DNA of 64,000 nucleotides from Longimicrobiales bacterium (GTDB lineage Bacteria > Gemmatimonadota > Gemmatimonadetes > Longimicrobiales > Gaopeijiaceae): the NCBI GenBank assembly GCA_965238005.1, contig OZ250165.1, positions 1,792,001-1,856,000 on the forward strand, in the 5' to 3' direction. This document shows positions 50,499-60,624 of the stretch, in pieces (the stretch's first letter is position 1; each line of letters opens with the position of its first letter). Made by a program: the position numbers and the translations under genes. The notes below the pieces were generated by a model. It was not told the DNA's origin, made no database searches, and saw only the letters and a list, made by a program, of their open reading frames with translations.

Positions 50499-51422
50499 AT
50501 GTCCTTAGCACTTCTTTTCCCCGGACAGGGGTCTCAGCACGTCGGAATGGGCCGAGAGCTGGCTGAGGCATACCCCCTAGCGGCTCAGACCTTCGAGGAG
50601 GCCGACGACGTCCTGAGATTCGGGATTTCGCGGCTGGCTTGGGAAGGCCCGGAGGACGAGCTCGTTCTCACGCAGAACGCCCAGCCCGCCATGCTCACGC
50701 ACTCCACCGCCGTGTACCGCGTCATCTCCGATCGGATTGGTGACGTCGGAATGGCCGCAGGGCACTCCCTGGGCGAGTTCTCGGCTCACGTGGCTGCGGG
50801 GACTCTCGACTTCGCCGATGCCCTGAGGACCGTCCGGCTGAGAGGCGAGCTCATGTATTCGGCGGGACAGGATCGCATCGGCACCATGGCGGCCGTGCTG
50901 GGGCTGGACGACGACGTCCTGATATCGGTCTGCGTGCAGGCCAGCGCCGAGGCCGGGACCTGCGTACCGGCCAACTTCAACTCCCGGGGACAGGTCGTGA
51001 TCAGCGGGGACGCGGCCGGGGTCGACCGAGCCATGGAGCTGGCCTTGGAGGAGGGCGCGAAGAGAGTCGTGAAGCTGAGCGTGTCGGGCGCCTTCCACTC
51101 GCCCCTCATGGCGCCCGCCGAGGACGGCCTCCGGGAGCACCTGGAAGAGACCGACTTCAGGGACCTGAACTACCCAGTGGTGGCAAACGTGACCGCGAAG
51201 CCCGTGACCTCCGGCGCCGCGGCACGCGACCTCCTCATCCGCCAGTTGACCTCTCCCGTGCGCTGGGCCGCATCGGTGGGGCAGATGGTGGAGTCGCGGG
51301 TAGATGAATTCCTCGAGCTCGGCCCGGGCTCGGTGCTCCGAGGACTGAATCGAAGAAACGCCAAGAGCATTCCCTGTAGCTCCCTCGGGGAGCCCGAGGA
51401 TCTGGAAAACTGGGAAGGCTGA
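50499..51422 (+). CDS. fabD: Malonyl-CoA:ACP transacylase
   Basis: FPGQGSQ, GHSLGE, GAFHSPLM. Confidence 0.97.
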   Translation: MSLALLFPGQGSQHVGMGRELAEAYPLAAQTFEEADDVLRFGISRLAWEGPEDELVLTQNAQPAMLTHSTAVYRVISDRIGDVGMAAGHSLGEFSAHVAAGTLDFADALRTVRLRGELMYSAGQDRIGTMAAVLGLDDDVLISVCVQASAEAGTCVPANFNSRGQVVISGDAAGVDRAMELALEEGAKRVVKLSVSGAFHSPLMAPAEDGLREHLEETDFRDLNYPVVANVTAKPVTSGAAARDLLIRQLTSPVRWAASVGQMVESRVDEFLELGPGSVLRGLNRRNAKSIPCSSLGEPEDLENWEG

Positions 51423-51432
51423 GAGACCGGAC

Positions 51433-52170
51433 ATGAACGAGTTGAGCGGACATATCACCCTGGTCACCGGCGGGTCCCGCGGGATCGGCCTGGCCGTCTC
51501 GCAGGAGCTAGCCCGTGCCGGGTGCAAGGTGGCGGTGATCGGCCGGAACGAAGAAGCGGCCAACGCAGCAGCGGCGGCCCTCGAAGGCGAGGACCACCGG
51601 GCCTACGGCTGCGACGTCAGCGATGGCGAAAGCGTCGCGTCCGTCGCGGACCAGGTTACGAAGGATTTGGGTCCTGTCGACATTCTGGTGAACAACGCGG
51701 GGATCGCCCGGGACAACCTCTTCATCCGCATGAAGGAGGACGAGTGGGACGACGTCCTCGCGGTGAACCTCAAGGGTGCCTTCAACATGACGAAGGCCTT
51801 GGCACGAGGCATGATGAGGCGGCGGAGTGGGGTGATCCTCAACGTCACATCCGTAGTCGGCCTAATCGGCAACGCCGGTCAGGCGAACTACGCCGCGTCC
51901 AAGGCCGGCCTCATCGGCTTCACCAAGAGCATCGCCAAGGAGCTGGCGTCCCGAGGGGTGCGGTGCAATGCCATCGCACCGGGTTTCATCACCACGGCCA
52001 TGACCGCCGAGCTCCCCGAAGCGACCATCGAGGAACTCCATGCCAGGATCCCCCTGGGTCACCTGGGCGAGCCGTCCGACGTGGCCGGCCTCGTACGCTT
52101 TCTCGCCGGACCTGCTGCCCGCTACATTACCGGACAGGTCATTTCGGTGGACGGCGGGATGGTGATGTGA
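51433..52170 (+). CDS. fabG: 3-oxoacyl-ACP reductase
   Basis: TGGSRGIG, NNAGI, NYAASK. Confidence 0.97.
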   Translation: MNELSGHITLVTGGSRGIGLAVSQELARAGCKVAVIGRNEEAANAAAAALEGEDHRAYGCDVSDGESVASVADQVTKDLGPVDILVNNAGIARDNLFIRMKEDEWDDVLAVNLKGAFNMTKALARGMMRRRSGVILNVTSVVGLIGNAGQANYAASKAGLIGFTKSIAKELASRGVRCNAIAPGFITTAMTAELPEATIEELHARIPLGHLGEPSDVAGLVRFLAGPAARYITGQVISVDGGMVM

Positions 52171-52236
52171 GGGAGGGCAGCTCTCAATATTTCAATGCTA
52201 CTGATGGCAGGAAGTACTCACCCTTGCGGAGGTACC

Positions 52237-52476
52237 ATGGCTGACAACACGGCATCGAAGGTCAAGGAGATCATCATCAACGAGCTGGGTGTCGATCCGG
52301 AAAAGGTCACAGGGGAGGCGTCGTTCGTGGACGACCTCGGAGCCGATTCCCTCGACACGGTAGAGCTAGTGATGGCCTTCGAGGAGGAGTTCACGATCGA
52401 CATCCCCGACGAGGACGCGGAGCAGATGAGGACCGTGGGGGACGCCATCGCGTACATCGAGAAAAACGCTGAGTAG
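52237..52476 (+). CDS. acpP: Acyl carrier protein
   Basis: [22 protein letters not shown]. Confidence 0.98.
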   Translation: MADNTASKVKEIIINELGVDPEKVTGEASFVDDLGADSLDTVELVMAFEEEFTIDIPDEDAEQMRTVGDAIAYIEKNAE

Positions 52477-52508
52477 GCACCCCGCATAAACCTGCAGGAC
52501 ATTCGAGC

Positions 52509-53777
52509 ATGACACCGTCCACCGGCGGTCGCAGAGTCGTCATCACCGGCCTAGGCGCGATCACTCCCGTAGGCAACGACGTCGCCTCGACCTGGGAGGC
52601 CCTGTTGGCCGGAAAGAGCGGTGGGGCCCTCATCACCTGCTTCGAGACCACCGACGAGTTTCCCACCCGGATCGCCTGTGAGGTAAAGGACTTCGACCCG
52701 TCTCACCTCTTGGATCCGAAGGAAGCTCGACGGTTCGACCGCTTCGCCCAGCTCGGCATATCGGCGGCCGACGAGGCCGTGACAGGGGCGGGGCTGGACG
52801 TGGAAGCGGCCGGCATCCAGCCCGAGCGGTTCGGCGTGATCTTCGGGAGCGGGATCGGTGGGATCTCGACTCTGGAGGCTCAGCACGATGTGTTGAATCA
52901 GAAGGGGCCGAAGAGGGTGAGTCCCTTCTTCATCCCGATGTTCATACCCGACATTGCCGCGGGCCTGATCTCCATCCGATGCGGGGCCAAGGGCCCGAAC
53001 TACGCTACGGTGTCGGCCTGTGCCTCCAGCGCCCACGCCATCGGAGATGCCTTTAGGTTCATCGAGCGAGGCGACGCCGACGTGATGATCGCCGGGGGAG
53101 CCGAGGCCACCATCACTCCTCTGGCCGTGTCGGGATTCGCCAACATGAAGGCCTTGTCCAGGCGGAATGACGACCCGGAAGGCGCTTCGCGTCCCTTCGA
53201 CGCCGGACGCGACGGTTTCGTGATCGGCGAGGGAGCCGGCTGCGTGGTGCTCGAGGCTCTGGAGATCGCAGTGGCGAGGGGCGCACCCATCGTGGCCGAG
53301 ATTGTCGGCTACGGCGTGTCCGCCGATGCCTACCACATTACCATGCCCGCTCCCGAGGGCGCGGGTGCGCAGTACGCCATGCGTATGGCTCTGGAGGACG
53401 GTGGCGTGGCGGCGGCGGATGTGGACTATATCAACGCTCACGGAACCTCGACCCAGGCCAATGACCGGAACGAGACGGCGGCCATCAAAAAAGTCCTGGG
53501 TGACGCCGCCTACTCGATCGTGGTGAGCTCGACAAAGTCCATGACGGGGCACCTTCTCGGAGCTGCGGGAGGAGTGGAGGCCGTGATCTCCGCCCTCGTG
53601 TGCCAAAAGGGACTGATCCCCCCGACCATCAACTACTCCGAGCCGGATCCGGACTGCGACCTCGACTACGCCCAGCACGGGGTCGTGGAACGTGACGTCT
53701 CGGTGGCCCTTACGAATTCCTTCGGATTTGGCGGACACAACGTCTGTCTGACCATCCGGGCCTGGAACGGGGAGTAA
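52509..53777 (+). CDS. fabF: 3-oxoacyl-ACP synthase II
   Basis: SACASS, NAHGTST, GHLLGA, NSFGFGG. Confidence 0.97.
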   Translation: MTPSTGGRRVVITGLGAITPVGNDVASTWEALLAGKSGGALITCFETTDEFPTRIACEVKDFDPSHLLDPKEARRFDRFAQLGISAADEAVTGAGLDVEAAGIQPERFGVIFGSGIGGISTLEAQHDVLNQKGPKRVSPFFIPMFIPDIAAGLISIRCGAKGPNYATVSACASSAHAIGDAFRFIERGDADVMIAGGAEATITPLAVSGFANMKALSRRNDDPEGASRPFDAGRDGFVIGEGAGCVVLEALEIAVARGAPIVAEIVGYGVSADAYHITMPAPEGAGAQYAMRMALEDGGVAAADVDYINAHGTSTQANDRNETAAIKKVLGDAAYSIVVSSTKSMTGHLLGAAGGVEAVISALVCQKGLIPPTINYSEPDPDCDLDYAQHGVVERDVSVALTNSFGFGGHNVCLTIRAWNGE

Positions 53778-53813
53778 GCCGGCCCGGGGTTCGAAGATCC
53801 GATGGGAGGTACC

Positions 53814-54323
53814 ATGAGGATCGGCTTCGGATACGACTCACATCGCTTCGACGAGGCCCGTCCGTTGGTGTTGGGTGGCGTCGAGATTCCGGATCACCCG
53901 GGCCTTGCCGGACACTCCGACGGGGACGCCGTGGCCCACGCCATCGTGGACGCTCTCCTCGGTGCGGTGGCAGCGGGTGATATCGGGCGGCACTTTCCCC
54001 CTGACGAGCCCGAGTGGAAGGATGCCGATTCCATGGAGCTGCTGGCCCGAGCCCTGGCGATTCTCGATGAGCGCGACTATCGGATCTCCAACGTGGACGT
54101 CACGGTCATCTGCGAGCGGCCCAAGATTGCGCCCCACTCCGACTCCATGCGACGGCGACTCGGGAACGTGCTCCGGCTTCCCACCGACGCCATCTCCATC
54201 AAGGGGAAGACCAACGAGGGCATGGGATGGATCGGCTCCGGGGAGGGTGTGGCCGTCCACGCGGTGGCGCTCCTCACAGCGGCTGGAGAGAGCGCCCTTC
54301 CCGGGGACCACAGGGGCCTCTGA
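53814..54323 (+). CDS. ispF: 2-C-methyl-D-erythritol 2,4-cyclodiphosphate synthase
   Basis: RIGFGYDSH, GHSDGD, GDIGRHFP. Confidence 0.96.
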   Translation: MRIGFGYDSHRFDEARPLVLGGVEIPDHPGLAGHSDGDAVAHAIVDALLGAVAAGDIGRHFPPDEPEWKDADSMELLARALAILDERDYRISNVDVTVICERPKIAPHSDSMRRRLGNVLRLPTDAISIKGKTNEGMGWIGSGEGVAVHAVALLTAAGESALPGDHRGL

Positions 54324-54337
54324 GGCCTGTTGAGGAA

Positions 54338-55012
54338 GTGGACCAGATCCTAGGCCTCCTGGAGCAAACGTCCCCGTTCATCATCTACGCTCTGCTCGGG
54401 GTTGGAGCAGCCCTCGAGAACATCATCCCTCCCATTCCGGCGGACACGTTCGTTGTCCTTGGAGGGTTCCTGGCGGCTCGGGGGCAGGCCAGTGAAGGGG
54501 CCGTCTTCCTGGTCACCTGGACCTCGAACGTGCTGTCGGCGCTGGCAGTCTACGCGGCAGGATACCGCTACGGCTCCACGTTCTTTCGGACCCGCCTGGG
54601 CCACTACATACTGGATCCCGGGCAGCTGCAGACCGTCCGACGGTTCTATCGCCGCTGGGGCACTCTGGCCATCTTCTACACGCGATTCCTCCCTGGTCTG
54701 AGGGCAGTCGTGCCCGTCTTCGCGGGCGTGTCGCACCAGAACCCCCTACTGGTGGCCGTTCCCCTGCTTACGGCCTCCGCGATCTGGTATGGGGCCCTAG
54801 TGTGGGTGGGGGCCTTCGCCGGTCACAACCTGGAGTACATCCTGGCACTCCAGTCCCGGGTGAACATGACGCTGGCGGGCATCGCAGTAGTCCTCTTCGG
54901 GACCGTAGCGCTCTGGTGGCTCCGATCTCGAAGAAGACGCCGCGGCGAAGGGACCAAGGATCAGGCCGCGGCTTCGAGTGGTGGCTCGCGAACTTCGGAA
55001 ACAGGCCTTTAA
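54338..55012 (+). CDS. dedA: DedA family membrane protein
   Basis: ENIIPPIPAD, TRFLPGLR; GTG start inferred. Confidence 0.9.
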   Translation: MDQILGLLEQTSPFIIYALLGVGAALENIIPPIPADTFVVLGGFLAARGQASEGAVFLVTWTSNVLSALAVYAAGYRYGSTFFRTRLGHYILDPGQLQTVRRFYRRWGTLAIFYTRFLPGLRAVVPVFAGVSHQNPLLVAVPLLTASAIWYGALVWVGAFAGHNLEYILALQSRVNMTLAGIAVVLFGTVALWWLRSRRRRRGEGTKDQAAASSGGSRTSETGL

Positions 55013-55014
55013 CC

Positions 55015-55914
55015 TTGGATCCGGGCGGCGCCTTCCGAGTCGAGCAGTACCTGGACCACCTCAACTTCGAACGAGGCCTGTCTCCGCGAACGATAGACGC
55101 CTACCGCCGGGATCTTCTGCGATTCGTGGAGTTTGCCGGGGGAGAAGGGAGGAGTGAGCCGGAGAGTGTCACGTCGGCGGACGTTCGGGCCTACGTGCTC
55201 CACCTGAGTGGCTTGGGCCTGGCGCCTACCTCCGTGCGCCGGGCCCAGTCGGCCCTCCGAACCTACTTCGGCTTCCTGCTGGAAGAGGGCATATCGGATC
55301 AGGATCCCACCGAAGGGCTTGAGAGCCCGAAGGTGGGCCGGCCCCTACCCGACGTCCTCGGCTCCGAGGAGGTCCTGGGCCTTCTGGAGGCCCCTCGACT
55401 CAATTCTCCGGTTTACTGGCGAGATAAGGCCATCCTCGAGGTGCTCTACGCCACGGGGGTACGCGTATCAGAGCTCATCGGCCTGAAGCTCGCGAATCTC
55501 GATCTTGAGCTCGGCCTGTGTACCGTGTCGGGGAAGGGGGCCAAAGAGCGCATGGTGCCGCTGGGAGGGCCGGCCCGGGTGGCCTTGCGACGCTACCTGC
55601 GGGACGTGCGGCTCGAGCTGGACCGGGGAAGGAGCGGGGGCCACGTATTCCTCAATCGGAAGGGTCGGCCCCTTTCCCGCACGGCGATCTGGAATCTGGT
55701 TCGAGAAGCGGCCCGGGCCGCGGGTCTCAGCAAGAAGGTCTCACCACACACGCTTCGCCACACTTTCGCCACCCATCTCCTTGAAGGCGGTGCGGACCTT
55801 GTGGCCGTGCAGGAGCTATTGGGTCACGCCGACATCTCGACAACGCAGATCTATACCCACCTGGATCGAGAGTACCTACGGAGCGTTCACAAGAAATATC
55901 ACCCCCGGTCCTGA
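55015..55914 (+). CDS. xerD: Site-specific tyrosine recombinase XerD
   Basis: ERGLSPRTIDAYRRDL, LYATGVRVSEL, SPHTLRHTFATHLL, LLGHADISTTQIYTH; TTG start inferred. Confidence 0.93.
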   Translation: MDPGGAFRVEQYLDHLNFERGLSPRTIDAYRRDLLRFVEFAGGEGRSEPESVTSADVRAYVLHLSGLGLAPTSVRRAQSALRTYFGFLLEEGISDQDPTEGLESPKVGRPLPDVLGSEEVLGLLEAPRLNSPVYWRDKAILEVLYATGVRVSELIGLKLANLDLELGLCTVSGKGAKERMVPLGGPARVALRRYLRDVRLELDRGRSGGHVFLNRKGRPLSRTAIWNLVREAARAAGLSKKVSPHTLRHTFATHLLEGGADLVAVQELLGHADISTTQIYTHLDREYLRSVHKKYHPRS

Positions 55915-57500
55915 CGTGACGCCCGACCCTCGGCGGCGAAGAGGTCGGACTGGGTGCGAGCGTCGCCCAAGAGCCGAATCGCTTCGGCAAGAACCGGGTC
56001 GCGCTGAGACCGGATCTCCATGGAGCGGCCCATCCGCTCCATGCGCTCGGCGACGCGCACGGCCACGCGCCACTCCAGGTACTCACGGATCGTCGGATCC
56101 TCGATGTATTGCTCCTCGACCCCCTCTTCCGAGAGTGCGTCGAGAAAGGCCTCGAACTCCACCGGATCGACCCCGGGCTCCTCGCCGACGTCTCGGCGGG
56201 CGTCGGCCTGGGCGAAGGCGAACTCCTCGATCCGCAGGACTAGGGGTATCTGATCACGGGCGGCTTGAGAGATGAACTCGCGCTCGGCCAGCGTCAGGGT
56301 ATCGTTGGCGATCTCCAGATCCGGGAAAATCCCTCCTCCGGCGATCAGCTCGCGGCCGGCCTTCGTCGTCACCACGGGGAACGTGTCCGGGTTCTCTGGA
56401 ATGGGGCGTCCCTGCACGGTCCGGGGACGGTGGAGAGATCGACCCAGCGGCGTGAACCACTCTCCGGTCGTGAGGCGCAGATGCCGCTTCTCGGTGATCC
56501 GGAAGACGTTCTGGAAGACACCCTTGCCGAAAGTCCGCTCACCGATGACCAGAGCCCGATCGTGGTCCTGAAGCGCCCCGGCCACAATCTCGGCCGCTGA
56601 GGCGGAGAAGCGGTTGACGAGCACGATGACCGGCTTGCCGGGAATTCTCTCCGGCATACGGGCATCCCAAACCTCGTCCTGACTACGGCCCGTCTCCCCC
56701 GGAACACGGCTCTCTGCACTCGCGAGACGGGCGCCCCTCTCCAGGAACAGGTCGCCGATCATGAGCGACTCGTCGAGATAGCCCCCCGGGTTGCCCCTCA
56801 GGTCGAGAATTACGCCCCGAGCCGATCTGAACTTCACGAGGGCCGAATCGACCTCCTGGGAAGATCCGCGAGCTACCCGGTCGAGGCCGATGTAGCCCAC
56901 GTTGGAGCCCACCAGACCCGACGCCACGGCCGAGACGTGAACGCTGTCACGGCGGATGGCAGGGGTCAGGGGTGCCATCAGGCCTTGCCGGGCGATGGTG
57001 AGCCTGACGGATGTGCCCACCTCACCGCGGATGGAGTCCGACGCCACCCCGGTAGTCCAGTCCTCGGTGCTCTGGCCGTTCACCCCGATGATGAGGTCCC
57101 CGACCTGCAGCCCCGAGCGTTCCGCCGGCGTACCCCGGAAGACCGCTGTGATCGTGATGGCCTCGTTGAGGTTGGTGATCTGCACGCCGATGCCGGCGTA
57201 GTTGCCAGAGTTGCTCTCCTGGAACTCGTCGAATTGCTCGGGCGTGAAGACCTGAGCGTAGGGATCGTCCAGCTCCCGGATCAGGCCGTCCACGGCCCTT
57301 TCCCACAGAGCCGAGTCTCCCATGGCCTGGAGGCCGTATTCCCGAATGGCCTGGAAAGCGCCCAGGAACGTCTGAGCCCCACTGGAGACGGTTCCTTGTC
57401 CGCCGTCTTGCCTCGACCGAGTGTTGCCCGAGGATTGGCCGGCTGCGGGCAAGGCTACGAGGACGGCCGACAGGAGGCCGATGAGGGTCTTGCGATTCAT
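55899..57500 (-). CDS. S41 family C-terminal processing peptidase
   Basis: Signal peptide, PDZ region, LDLRGNPGG, SASAAEIVAGALQD, TFGKG. Confidence 0.93.
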   Translation of the reverse strand: MNRKTLIGLLSAVLVALPAAGQSSGNTRSRQDGGQGTVSSGAQTFLGAFQAIREYGLQAMGDSALWERAVDGLIRELDDPYAQVFTPEQFDEFQESNSGNYAGIGVQITNLNEAITITAVFRGTPAERSGLQVGDLIIGVNGQSTEDWTTGVASDSIRGEVGTSVRLTIARQGLMAPLTPAIRRDSVHVSAVASGLVGSNVGYIGLDRVARGSSQEVDSALVKFRSARGVILDLRGNPGGYLDESLMIGDLFLERGARLASAESRVPGETGRSQDEVWDARMPERIPGKPVIVLVNRFSASAAEIVAGALQDHDRALVIGERTFGKGVFQNVFRITEKRHLRLTTGEWFTPLGRSLHRPRTVQGRPIPENPDTFPVVTTKAGRELIAGGGIFPDLEIANDTLTLAEREFISQAARDQIPLVLRIEEFAFAQADARRDVGEEPGVDPVEFEAFLDALSEEGVEEQYIEDPTIREYLEWRVAVRVAERMERMGRSMEIRSQRDPVLAEAIRLLGDARTQSDLFAAEGRASRQDRG

Positions 57501-57662
57501 CAATTTTCTCTCAGTGGATGCGACGTTGGTCGGAGCCGCGTTTCTAACCCCGCGCCGTGGGCCCTCGTTCCCTCACGAAGATAGGCCTACGACTTAGGCG
57601 CCAGACTCCTTAACTTTTGCGATAACACCTTTTCCACGTCGACGTCCCGGGAGACGCCGCCA

Positions 57663-59456
57663 ATGATACGACCGGACGGGCGAACCCATCTCAACGTGGG
57701 CCTGGCCCAGTTCAAGCCCAAGAAAGCCGCCGTGGAGGCCAATCTGGCGGGGATCCGTGAGATGGTAGGCAGCCACGCCGGAGCGGTCGATCTGCTTGTG
57801 TTCCCCGAAGCCGCCTTGAGCGGCTACTTCCTCGAAGGAGGGGTGGCCGAAGCCGCGCGGTCCGCCGCCGAGGTGGCCGGGGGCCTGGGTGAGCCGACTC
57901 CGGACGCGCCGGACTTGGTCCTCGGCTTCTACGAGAGGCACCTGAGAAGGCTCTACAACAGCGTAGGTTATTTCAGCCCGGGGGAGGCCGCTTACGAGCC
58001 CGTACACATCCATCGTAAGATGTTCATTCCCACGTACGGCGTCTTCGACGAGGCTCGCTTCGTGGAGCCCGGTGGTGATGTACGCGCCTTCGACACCAGG
58101 CTCGGACGCGTGGGTATGCTCATCTGTGAGGAGATGTGGCACTCGCTGCCGCCGACAATCCTCGCCTTGGGCGGCGCCGAGGTGATCATCGCCGTAAGCG
58201 CTTCGCCCGCCCGGGACTTCACGTCCAACAGTGAGGGTCTCCCACACAACCTCCGGCGGTGGGACGCCCTGGCACCGGCCGCCGCGCGAGAGCACGGGGT
58301 CTTCGTGGTGGTGAGCCAACTCGCGGGGTCAGAAGGCGGAAAGGTCTTTCCTGGAGGATCCTTGGCAGTGGGACCCGACGGCGAAGTCCTCGCCCGGGGA
58401 CCTCTTTTCGAGGAGGGCGTCACGGTGGCGTCCCTGGACTCGGCGGCGATCGACAGGGCTAGGGTGAAGTCGCCTTTGCTGGCCGCCCTCGAGCAAGCAC
58501 TGCCCCACCTCCAGAAAGCGCTGACTCGCTCCCAGGGACCCGAGGTCACCATCGGGGTGGCTGCGGAAGAGCCGGGTGAGGCGCCCGTCATGGAGTCGTC
58601 GGGCGTCACGGTCCACCCGACCGTCAGTCCTGACGACACCTCCGTCCTCGATCTCGACGTGGAATTGGTGGAGAGAGTGCTCCTCGAGTTCATCCGCGAG
58701 GAGGTGGTGCGCCACCGGGGATTCGAGAAAGTCGTCATCGGGCTCTCCGGAGGCGTGGATTCGAGCGTCTCCCTCTGTCTGGCCGTGCGCGCACTCGGTC
58801 CTGAGAACGTGGTGGGGTTCCGGATGCCCTACGCCACCTCGAGCGTCGAGAGCCTGGATCACGCGGCCCTCATGTTGGAGGCTTCCGGGGCGGAAGGTCG
58901 CACCATCGAGATCACAGGGGCGGTGAACGCGTACGTTCAGGAGTACGAGCCGGATCTCTCACCCCTCCGGAGGGGGAATCTGGCTGCGCGTCTCCGTTCG
59001 GTGATCCTATTCGACCAGTCGGCCAAGCTACGGGCGCTGCCCCTCGGCACGGGCAACAAGTCGGAGCGATTGCTGGGCTACTACACGTGGCACGCCGACG
59101 ACTCCCCTCCCATCAACCCGCTGGGGGATCTCTTCAAGACCCAGGTATGGGCCCTCGCGCGCCATCTCGGCGTGCCCGACCTCATCGTGGACAAGCCGGC
59201 CTCCGCCGATCTGGTTCGGGGCGTCCATGACGAAGACGAGCTGGGCATCTCATACCACCGAGCAGACCCCATCCTGCACTGGCTTCTCAAGGGGTACCGC
59301 CCGGAAGAGCTCAAGGACTACGGATTCCTCGGAGAGGAGGTCGACCGAGTATGGCGGCTCCTCTCGTCGACGCATTGGAAGAGGGAGCTACCCACCGTGG
59401 CCATGCTCTCGTCCAGCGCCATCGGGGAATTCTATCTCCGCCCGGTGGACTACTAA
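57663..59456 (+). CDS. nadE: Glutamine-dependent NAD+ synthetase (nitrilase-like plus synthetase domains)
   Basis: FPE...HRK...ICEEMW nitrilase triad; GLSGGVDS; GTGNKSE; PLGDLFKT. Confidence 0.94.
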   Translation: MIRPDGRTHLNVGLAQFKPKKAAVEANLAGIREMVGSHAGAVDLLVFPEAALSGYFLEGGVAEAARSAAEVAGGLGEPTPDAPDLVLGFYERHLRRLYNSVGYFSPGEAAYEPVHIHRKMFIPTYGVFDEARFVEPGGDVRAFDTRLGRVGMLICEEMWHSLPPTILALGGAEVIIAVSASPARDFTSNSEGLPHNLRRWDALAPAAAREHGVFVVVSQLAGSEGGKVFPGGSLAVGPDGEVLARGPLFEEGVTVASLDSAAIDRARVKSPLLAALEQALPHLQKALTRSQGPEVTIGVAAEEPGEAPVMESSGVTVHPTVSPDDTSVLDLDVELVERVLLEFIREEVVRHRGFEKVVIGLSGGVDSSVSLCLAVRALGPENVVGFRMPYATSSVESLDHAALMLEASGAEGRTIEITGAVNAYVQEYEPDLSPLRRGNLAARLRSVILFDQSAKLRALPLGTGNKSERLLGYYTWHADDSPPINPLGDLFKTQVWALARHLGVPDLIVDKPASADLVRGVHDEDELGISYHRADPILHWLLKGYRPEELKDYGFLGEEVDRVWRLLSSTHWKRELPTVAMLSSSAIGEFYLRPVDY

Positions 59457-59544
59457 TGTTCCGTTGCCGAAGTTCCCGAGCCACCAAGAGGGTCAGATGC
59501 ACCGTGCCCTCGACTGGCCGAGACACTTTGGCAGCGGGACACTA
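59454..59544. repeat. 91-bp copy of the modular repeat between convergent genes
   Basis: 20-bp imperfect stem TAATGTTCCGTTGCCGAAGT / ACTTTGGCAGCGGGACACTA; joins modules of the 21168 and 29759 copies. Confidence 0.9.
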
Positions 59545-59552
59545 CCAGTGCA

Positions 59553-60584
59553 CTAGCCGACGCCGATCACCTTCCGCCGTATGCTCTCGAGGACTGGCAA
59601 GGGAGTGAGCTCGCCGTCGATGATGGAGGCCAGCTCCTCCTCTTCCAGCCAGTGGGCCTCCAACTCCGCCAGCTCGAGCTCGAGGAGCCGCTGTTCCACC
59701 GCCTCGTTAGCGGCGATCTCGAGCGCGATGGCGCCGGTCCTCTGCAGGTCACCCAGGCGGCGCCCTTGCTTGACCACGATGCGGGTCAGGTCGTGGGGGC
59801 TGCCGGCTTCCTGGATCAGTCGAGTCGCTGAGCGCACACGTCCCTCCGTGGCGCCGGAGTGGTGGTGATAGGCCAGGAGGCGCCGGGAGACGTGCTCGCC
59901 CTCCTTACCCTCTAGTCGCAGCCCACCCTCGCGCAGATCCCCGCACACAGGACACCGCTGGGTCACAGCCAGTGAATCACCCGGGTCTCTACCCGCCGTG
60001 AGGATCAGACGCCCCCGGTCCCGATAGGCCAGCGACCGGAACCGGTGTCCGCATCGGGCGCAGTCGTGTCGACCACGCCATGCGCTGCTCCCGAAACGAA
60101 GCCAGCGGGCGGCCTCGGCGACCCGGTCGGGTGCATTCTCCCACAGAAACCAGGCGCCCAGCCACCCTATTCCTCCGGTGGCCCACCCCCCGGCGATGGC
60201 CGCACCGGCCGCCGCAGTGCCCATGAACATTAGCTTCTTGTGCTTGGTGGCGCGCTCCGTGAGCTCCCGGCCGTACCGCCACCAGGCCTCCTCGGTGAGA
60301 TTTGCCCTGCCCACACGGACCACGTCGAGGTGTCCGACGCGAAGAAGCGCCACGTTGTCCGTCTGAGAGAGAAGACGAGAGCGGTCGGTCACGACCTTCT
60401 CGAGCTCCTCGAGGGCCTCCCAGCGCTCTTCGATGGGTGCCAGGGACCAGCGCCTGCATGACCTGCAGACGGCCCATAGCCGGCCGCGCTCAGGGTCGTA
60501 CGCCACCCGCATGGAGGTCGGAAAGTGTTCGAGCTCCTCGTTGGCGGAGAAGGGCGTGTGGCAGACCAGACAGTACGTGAACAG
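59553..60584 (-). CDS. Conserved hypothetical protein with four CxxC pairs
   Basis: CLVC, CRSC, CARC, CPVC; central hydrophobic segment; start uncertain (CTG 60584 or TTG 60674 inside the MITE). Confidence 0.75.
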   Translation of the reverse strand: MFTYCLVCHTPFSANEELEHFPTSMRVAYDPERGRLWAVCRSCRRWSLAPIEERWEALEELEKVVTDRSRLLSQTDNVALLRVGHLDVVRVGRANLTEEAWWRYGRELTERATKHKKLMFMGTAAAGAAIAGGWATGGIGWLGAWFLWENAPDRVAEAARWLRFGSSAWRGRHDCARCGHRFRSLAYRDRGRLILTAGRDPGDSLAVTQRCPVCGDLREGGLRLEGKEGEHVSRRLLAYHHHSGATEGRVRSATRLIQEAGSPHDLTRIVVKQGRRLGDLQRTGAIALEIAANEAVEQRLLELELAELEAHWLEEEELASIIDGELTPLPVLESIRRKVIGVG

Positions 60585-60624
60585 CGGAGAGCTCCGTCGG
60601 CCGAAAGTGGACCCGAGGCATATC

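Noticed and set aside
55015..55914. Tyrosine recombinase as the island integrase
   Set aside because: It has XerD-type motifs and length and lies among core genes about 49 kb from the att fragment.
57596..57613. GGCGCCAGACTCCTTA resembling the IS1182 end
   Set aside because: Too short and gapped to distinguish from chance.
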